The position numbers were made by a program, and so were the translations under genes. A model generated the notes under the pieces. The model was not told the origin of the DNA. It saw nothing but the letters and a program-made list of their open reading frames with translations, and did not search any database. From Chloroflexota bacterium (GTDB lineage Bacteria > Chloroflexota > UBA11872 > VXNJ01): DNA of 64,000 nucleotides. The DNA is taken from contig OZ253449.1 in NCBI GenBank assembly GCA_965261345.1, positions 1,664,001 through 1,728,000 on the forward strand, read 5' to 3'. Of the stretch, positions 58,895-64,000 are shown piece by piece (positions within the stretch are counted from its first letter, which is position 1; each line of letters begins with the position of its first letter).

Positions 58895-60010
58895 CTAGCG
58901 GGCCACGTGCATCGGCATGATCACCTGGCAGTAGCTTGCATCGCCTTCTGACCCAAACAGCCCGGGATTGGTCGATCCAGCCAACTTGATCTCGATCGCG
59001 TCGGAATCGACCAGGGCGACTATCTCGGTGAGGAATTTTGAGTTGAAGGCGATGGTGGAGCTTTCGCCCTCGATGCTGGCGGCGATGCGCTCCTCGTGGT
59101 TTCCTACGTCGGCCGAATTGGCCGAAATCAGCAGTGCTTCAGCCTCTTCGGTTTCCAGCTCGATTACCCGAGTGCCGGTTCGGGCAAATATCGCCGCCAG
59201 CCGGGTCGCCGTTTCCAGGGTGTTCCGGCCCACCACTACCCGGGTGGTATGTTCCTGCGGAATTAACGATTCGAAATTGGGGAATTGTTCCTCGATCAGG
59301 TTGGAGATCAGGCAGACGCTGCCAACTAGGAACTGAATGTGCGAGCGCTCCTCGGCAATCGCGATCGCAACCTCGCCCTGGTGGGCGCCGAGCACCCGTG
59401 ACAGCTCCTGCAGCGAGCCTTGCGGGACTACGACCTCGACCGCTTCGCTCACCCCGGTATCGCAGGCCAGCCGCTTGACCGCCAGGCGGTACCCGTCGGC
59501 GGCGGCAAGGACGAGTTCGTCGGGCCGGATGGCGATGCAGACTCCGGCCAGCACCGGGCGCGAATTGTCACCGCAGCAGCTCACCGTCAGGTCGATCATT
59601 CGTTTGAGCAAGGCCGGATCCACGGTCAGGATCGGCGCGTTGGCAACCGTTGGCAGCGGTGGAAAGTCGGCGGCGTCGATTCCCTTGAATGCGGACTCGG
59701 AACGTTCGGCGGTAATTTTCAGCTCCAACCGCTCGGCATCGGTGGCCAGGTCAACCGGGCCAGCCGGAAGCGAACTCACGTATTCGACCAACAGCCGCGC
59801 CGGCACGGTGATCGAACCCGGCGAGTCGACCTGGCAGGGGATCGATTGGGTTACCGCCATCTCGGTGTTGGTCCCAGACAGTTGCAGCGAACCCTCGGTG
59901 GCGGTCAGCAACACGTTGGCCAGCACCGGCAGCGCGGGTCGCCCGGCGACCGCGCGCGAGACCGTGCTCAGCGCCCCGGCTAGCAAGTCCTGCGCGCAAT
60001 TTATTTTCAA
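58895..60010 (-). CDS. dnaN: DNA polymerase III beta clamp
   Basis: LPVLANVL, DFP, RPVLAG, ADGYRL, FPNF, IAFN, VIMPM. Confidence 0.94.
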   Translation of the reverse strand: MKINCAQDLLAGALSTVSRAVAGRPALPVLANVLLTATEGSLQLSGTNTEMAVTQSIPCQVDSPGSITVPARLLVEYVSSLPAGPVDLATDAERLELKITAERSESAFKGIDAADFPPLPTVANAPILTVDPALLKRMIDLTVSCCGDNSRPVLAGVCIAIRPDELVLAAADGYRLAVKRLACDTGVSEAVEVVVPQGSLQELSRVLGAHQGEVAIAIAEERSHIQFLVGSVCLISNLIEEQFPNFESLIPQEHTTRVVVGRNTLETATRLAAIFARTGTRVIELETEEAEALLISANSADVGNHEERIAASIEGESSTIAFNSKFLTEIVALVDSDAIEIKLAGSTNPGLFGSEGDASYCQVIMPMHVAR

Positions 60011-60149
60011 AACCTGCCCCTAATTACTTTTTTAGCGATTGCAATTATTACCTCGGGGCCAACCGGCAGCCGTGGCGGCGCTTTGCGCGCGCTGCAAAAA
60101 TCGCAAGCGCCCATACAATCTCATTCGCCCCTTAAAGCAGCACGGAATA

Positions 60150-60755
60150 ATGTCTAGAACCGCTTTAAGCTCCAACCCGCTATCAGCGTTGCGGATCCTG
60201 CTGGCCGAAGATGAAACCATCATTCGGCTCGATCTGCGCGAGCGATTAGAGAACTTCGGTCATCGGATAGTCGCCGATGTCGCCGATGGTCAGACCGCGG
60301 TCAATCTTGCCCGCGAGATGCGCCCTGATGTCGTGGTCATGGACATAAAAATGCCCTTTCTGGACGGGATCTCGGCCGCCGCCCAACTGACCCGCGACGC
60401 GGTGGCCCCGGTGGTGCTGGTGACCGCCTTCTCCGACCGTGAGTTGGTTGACCAGGCGATCGGAGCCGGGGTGATGGCCTACGTGCTAAAACCGATCCGC
60501 GATAGCGACCTGATGCCGGCGATCGGCGTCGCGGTATCCCGCTTCCGGGAGTATCGACTGCTCACCAAGGAAGTTGACGATCTAAACGAACGGTTGGAAA
60601 CGCGCAAGCTGATCGAGCGCGCCAAGGGGTTGCTGATGAGCAAACACTCAATCGCCGAGCAGGACGCCTTTCAGCGCATACAGCGGCTGAGCATGGACCG
60701 GCGCATCCCGATGAAACAGGTGGCCAAGGCGTTACTTTTGGCTGAAAACCTCTAG
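60150..60755 (+). CDS. ANTAR-domain response regulator (PdtaR/EutV-like)
   Basis: AEDE, MDIKMP, VTAFS, LKP receiver + RKLIERAKGLLM..EQDAF..SMDRR ANTAR; start at ATG 60150. Confidence 0.92.
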   Translation: MSRTALSSNPLSALRILLAEDETIIRLDLRERLENFGHRIVADVADGQTAVNLAREMRPDVVVMDIKMPFLDGISAAAQLTRDAVAPVVLVTAFSDRELVDQAIGAGVMAYVLKPIRDSDLMPAIGVAVSRFREYRLLTKEVDDLNERLETRKLIERAKGLLMSKHSIAEQDAFQRIQRLSMDRRIPMKQVAKALLLAENL

Positions 60756-60800
60756 CCCGCCGCCAACCGCGTTACCTTCGGTGCAGATCGGGTTGAGCGC

Positions 60801-63461
60801 TTGCGCGGGATAAGGCGCGCCGTTTACCTGGCCGAACGGCGACCGGGCTACCTGGCACTGGTGGCCGTCGTACTTGCCACCGCCCTCTTTTATCGCCGTT
60901 TCCTGTTTGAGGGGCTGGTACCTGGAAGCTACGACTTCCAAAATTACGCCTTCGCCCATCTCGCCCACCTTTTTGCCGCCCTCGGCGAGGGACGTCTGCC
61001 CCTTTGGGATCCCTATCGGCTACTCGGGGTCCCTTTTCTGGCCAATCCACAGACGGCGGTCTTTTATCCAGTGAACCTGGCCCTTGCCTGGGCCCAGCCG
61101 ATCTACGCGCTCACCGCCGGCGTTGTCATCTCCAGCCTGGTCGCCGGGTTGGGGATGCTCGTTTTCGTTCGGATCGGACTGCGCACCGGCTGGATCGGCG
61201 CACTGGTGGCGGCATTGGCATTTACCTTCGGCGGATATATGGCCGCCCGCGTCGGCCTGCCAAATCAGTTGGCGGTAATTTGCTGGTTGCCCTGGATCAT
61301 GCTGTGCGTTGATCGGTTGCTGGCTCGTCCAAACCTCATGCTGGGAGCGATTATGGCTGTCCTGCTGGCGCTGCAATACCTGGCCGGGCATTTCCAAGTC
61401 CAGTACATCGCGCTGGCAACGGTCGGTCTGTATCTGCTGGCGCGGTTATTTAGGATCACTGTGGTCTCGGGTTCCGAGGCGTTGCCGGGGCTGTTGCGGT
61501 CGCTGCTCACCCTGGCCGTTGCGGTGGCTTTGAGCGTCGGCCTGGCCGCGGTGCAGCTGCTGCCTACCCTGACCCTGCACTCGCTCTCGCTCCGTCAGGA
61601 GGGTTTGCCCATCTGGCATCAGAATGCCTTTGCCCTACCCAAAGAGGCGATCGGCTCGGCCTTGCTGCCAAGTTTTACCGAGCGTGGACCGAGCGAGGAA
61701 TACCTGGCCTACGTGGGGATCGCGGCGATCTGGCTGGCGGGCCTGGCCCTGCTATCTAAGGACCGTCGATTCGCGGCGTTTGCCTTTTTGGGTCTGGCGA
61801 TCCTTGGAATCTGGATTTCGCTGGGATTGGCCGCACCATTGTTTTCGGTGTTATCGGACTACCTCCCTGGATTCAACCAGTTTCGGGTTCCCTCCCGTTG
61901 GCTACTGCTGACAACGTTTGCCCTGGCCGCTCTGGCCGGATTGGGGGCCGATCATGTCAGCCGGCTGACCCGGGCCAACTGGTTTGCGACCGCCGGTCGC
62001 TCATTGGCGCTCACCGGTGCCGCTGGGGTGGTGCTGGCGCTTACCAGTTGGGGATTGGGCTGGGTCTCAGCCCTGCAACTGACGGCCTGGCTTACCGCCG
62101 CCGCCGCGGCGTTCCTGCTGCTCTCCTATGTCGCGCCGGGCCGCACCCGCTGGCGGGTACTGCTCCCGGGGTTCCTGTTCATTGAACTGCTCTTGGCCCA
62201 GCACGCCCTCGACATGAACGTTCTGGCCAGTCCCGCGCAGGCTTATCTGGAACCCGGTCCGGTCGTTGCCCGGTTGGCCAGCGGCCCCGCCGCACCGCGG
62301 GTCCTCTCCGTCGCCGACACTTTTTATGACATCCACCGGGAGCGCATTTATTCGGAGGTCCAGCAACCCTTCGGGCACTACGGCCGATCGGTGCTGGACG
62401 CCTATCAGTCGGCGATCAAATATCGCGATTCGCTCTCACCCAATCAATCCAGTGCGCTAAGAATTTCCAGTCCCGACGGTTACGATGGCGGCCTGCTGCC
62501 GCTCAAGGGTTATGTGGCTTTCCGGGATCGACTGTTGCCGGCCCGGCCCGGCAGCGAGGATTCCCGCCTCCAGCACGAATTCGTCATCCGCGAGCAGTTT
62601 CCGAGCGTCGACCTGCTGCGCGCTTTCGGGGCCTCGATCGTAATTGCCGACGACTGGTCGGACCTGCAATCAGCTAGCGGCCTGCGCCTAAATAATGACA
62701 CCACCACCCATCTGCCAACTGGAGGGCGCCTGGTCTTGACCCTCGATCCGCCGGTTGCCACCGATGCCGTCGCGCTGGCCTTGACCTCAAAGTCGCCGGG
62801 TCCGGTGGTCAACCTAACGGCCACCCTGCCGGATGGGACGGCCATTGCGCTCGGCCACCGCCCGGCAGGCGACGGGAAGATCCAGGAAATCCGGCTGAGC
62901 GCGCCGGTAACGATGGGAGTCCTGCGCATCGATGCGCATGCGCCGATCGAACTGTTGGGGGTGACGCTGATTTCCGGCGATCGCCGCCGGGCTATCCCGT
63001 TGGCCGGAATCACAGCCGACCCATCCGGCCGAGCCTTGGGGCCAGCCTTCGATCTGGAAGAGATCGGATCGGTGAGGATCTACCGGATGCGTGATCCGGC
63101 CAATCTGGTGGAGTTGCGCCAAGCGTCCGACGGAACGGTTCGAACCAACAACATCGCAATCACCTCGGCCAGGCCAGAGCGGGTCGAGATCGCAGTTGAT
63201 CCCGCCGCCGCCGGGCTACTGGTCCTGCGCCAGAGTTACTACCCCAACTGGGAGGCCAGAATCGATGGTGTTGCGACCAGTGTTCAAATGGCCGATGGAC
63301 TCTACCTGGCAGTGCCCGTGTCGGCGGGATCAAACACGATCGTGTTTGAGTATTTCGAACCGGGACTGTTAACTGGGGCCCTCATCAGTGCCCTGGCGGC
63401 CGCCGCGGTAGTGGCAATGGCGGTCACCGCCTGGGTCCGATCCGGGTCGGGACCGAAGTAG
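60801..63461 (+). CDS. YfhO-family (GT-C) membrane glycosyltransferase
   Basis: LPLWDPY..GVPFLANPQ..FYP, AGHFQ, QLLP, FRVPSRW, C-terminal YYPNWEARIDG. Confidence 0.85.
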   Translation: MRGIRRAVYLAERRPGYLALVAVVLATALFYRRFLFEGLVPGSYDFQNYAFAHLAHLFAALGEGRLPLWDPYRLLGVPFLANPQTAVFYPVNLALAWAQPIYALTAGVVISSLVAGLGMLVFVRIGLRTGWIGALVAALAFTFGGYMAARVGLPNQLAVICWLPWIMLCVDRLLARPNLMLGAIMAVLLALQYLAGHFQVQYIALATVGLYLLARLFRITVVSGSEALPGLLRSLLTLAVAVALSVGLAAVQLLPTLTLHSLSLRQEGLPIWHQNAFALPKEAIGSALLPSFTERGPSEEYLAYVGIAAIWLAGLALLSKDRRFAAFAFLGLAILGIWISLGLAAPLFSVLSDYLPGFNQFRVPSRWLLLTTFALAALAGLGADHVSRLTRANWFATAGRSLALTGAAGVVLALTSWGLGWVSALQLTAWLTAAAAAFLLLSYVAPGRTRWRVLLPGFLFIELLLAQHALDMNVLASPAQAYLEPGPVVARLASGPAAPRVLSVADTFYDIHRERIYSEVQQPFGHYGRSVLDAYQSAIKYRDSLSPNQSSALRISSPDGYDGGLLPLKGYVAFRDRLLPARPGSEDSRLQHEFVIREQFPSVDLLRAFGASIVIADDWSDLQSASGLRLNNDTTTHLPTGGRLVLTLDPPVATDAVALALTSKSPGPVVNLTATLPDGTAIALGHRPAGDGKIQEIRLSAPVTMGVLRIDAHAPIELLGVTLISGDRRRAIPLAGITADPSGRALGPAFDLEEIGSVRIYRMRDPANLVELRQASDGTVRTNNIAITSARPERVEIAVDPAAAGLLVLRQSYYPNWEARIDGVATSVQMADGLYLAVPVSAGSNTIVFEYFEPGLLTGALISALAAAAVVAMAVTAWVRSGSGPK

Positions 63462-63467
63462 GCTGCG

Positions 63468-64000
63468 ATGCGCGTCGGGTTGCTGGCCCCGGGCCCGATC
63501 AGGCCCGGCGGAACCACCACCGCCCGGGTGCTCCCGATGGCCCGCGCCCTGGCGGTGGCCGGGCATTCGGTTGACGTGCATCTTCCCGGCCCAAGCGTCG
63601 AATCGGGCGGCGACCCTAATGTCAATCCCAGGCTGCTGGGTTTCGCCGCGCCGTGGATATTTGGCTGGCCGCTTATCGGCGCCCTGGTGCTGGCGATCGG
63701 TGGCGGTTGGCGACTTTGGCGAGGCCATTACGACGCGGTCCACGTGTTTAAGCCGACCGGGGGCACCGGGATGGCGGCGGCCCTGTTATGGCTGTTGCGA
63801 TCCGACCCGGTGGTCGTGCTAGACACCGATGCCTGTGAAGGGTCGTCGGCCCTGTCACCGCTGGAATTTCATTCCGCGCTTTGGCGTTACTGGGCCGATT
63901 TTCAGGAGCGGGTTTTCCTGCGCACCAACGATGCGGTAACCACCGCCAGCGCCTATCTGTTAGATCGCCTCGCGGCCGGCCGTCCCAAGGTCCGGATTCC
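63468..64000 (+). CDS. GT4 glycosyltransferase (3' end runs off the window)
   Basis: Manual translation MRVGLLAPG..RVLPMARALAVAGHSVDV..YDAVHVFKP..VVLDTD..DAVTTASAYL. Confidence 0.75.
   Translation, partial: MRVGLLAPGPIRPGGTTTARVLPMARALAVAGHSVDVHLPGPSVESGGDPNVNPRLLGFAAPWIFGWPLIGALVLAIGGGWRLWRGHYDAVHVFKPTGGTGMAAALLWLLRSDPVVVLDTDACEGSSALSPLEFHSALWRYWADFQERVFLRTNDAVTTASAYLLDRLAAGRPKVRI

Noticed and set aside
1-64000. CRISPR arrays, IS/transposases, integrase or prophage, rRNA, defence systems
   Set aside because: No spaced repeats, terminal inverted repeats or diagnostic genes were seen. Short CCGGACCG-type motifs at a few gene ends are too short and variable to call a REP family.

Overview
High-GC (about 65% by eye) bacterial chromosome segment, almost all housekeeping. 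Gene content and order (Firmicutes-like gmk-priA-def-fmt-yugP-rpe, rpmB-fakA-recG-rsmD-coaD-sepIVA-like, clpC-ispDF-cysS, tmk-darA, a 4-domain S1) suggest a monoderm Terrabacteria lineage, most plausibly Chloroflexota (inference). About 58 CDS and one tRNA-His; no rRNA, CRISPR, IS element or prophage seen. The standout is a two-gene module at 37559-41801: a 774-aa protein with TWO tandem MoxR/CbbQ/midasin-type AAA+ domains, both with Asn for the Walker B Asp, overlapping a CobT/NorD-like VWA(MIDAS) gene. It has no evident client gene, lies upstream of rpsA-clpC, and is divergent from lexA across an AT-rich spacer containing a perfect TTTGAA-N4-TTCAAA inverted repeat. Other notable features: several genes that appear to need non-canonical start codons (ATA, CTG, GTA), three apparent pseudo-enzymes (helicase-dead PriA, a CE7 esterase paralog lacking its catalytic Ser, a cyclase-fold protein lacking its metal motif), and a terminator-like hairpin directly upstream of gatCAB. 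All calls come from reading motifs by eye; no database searches were run.
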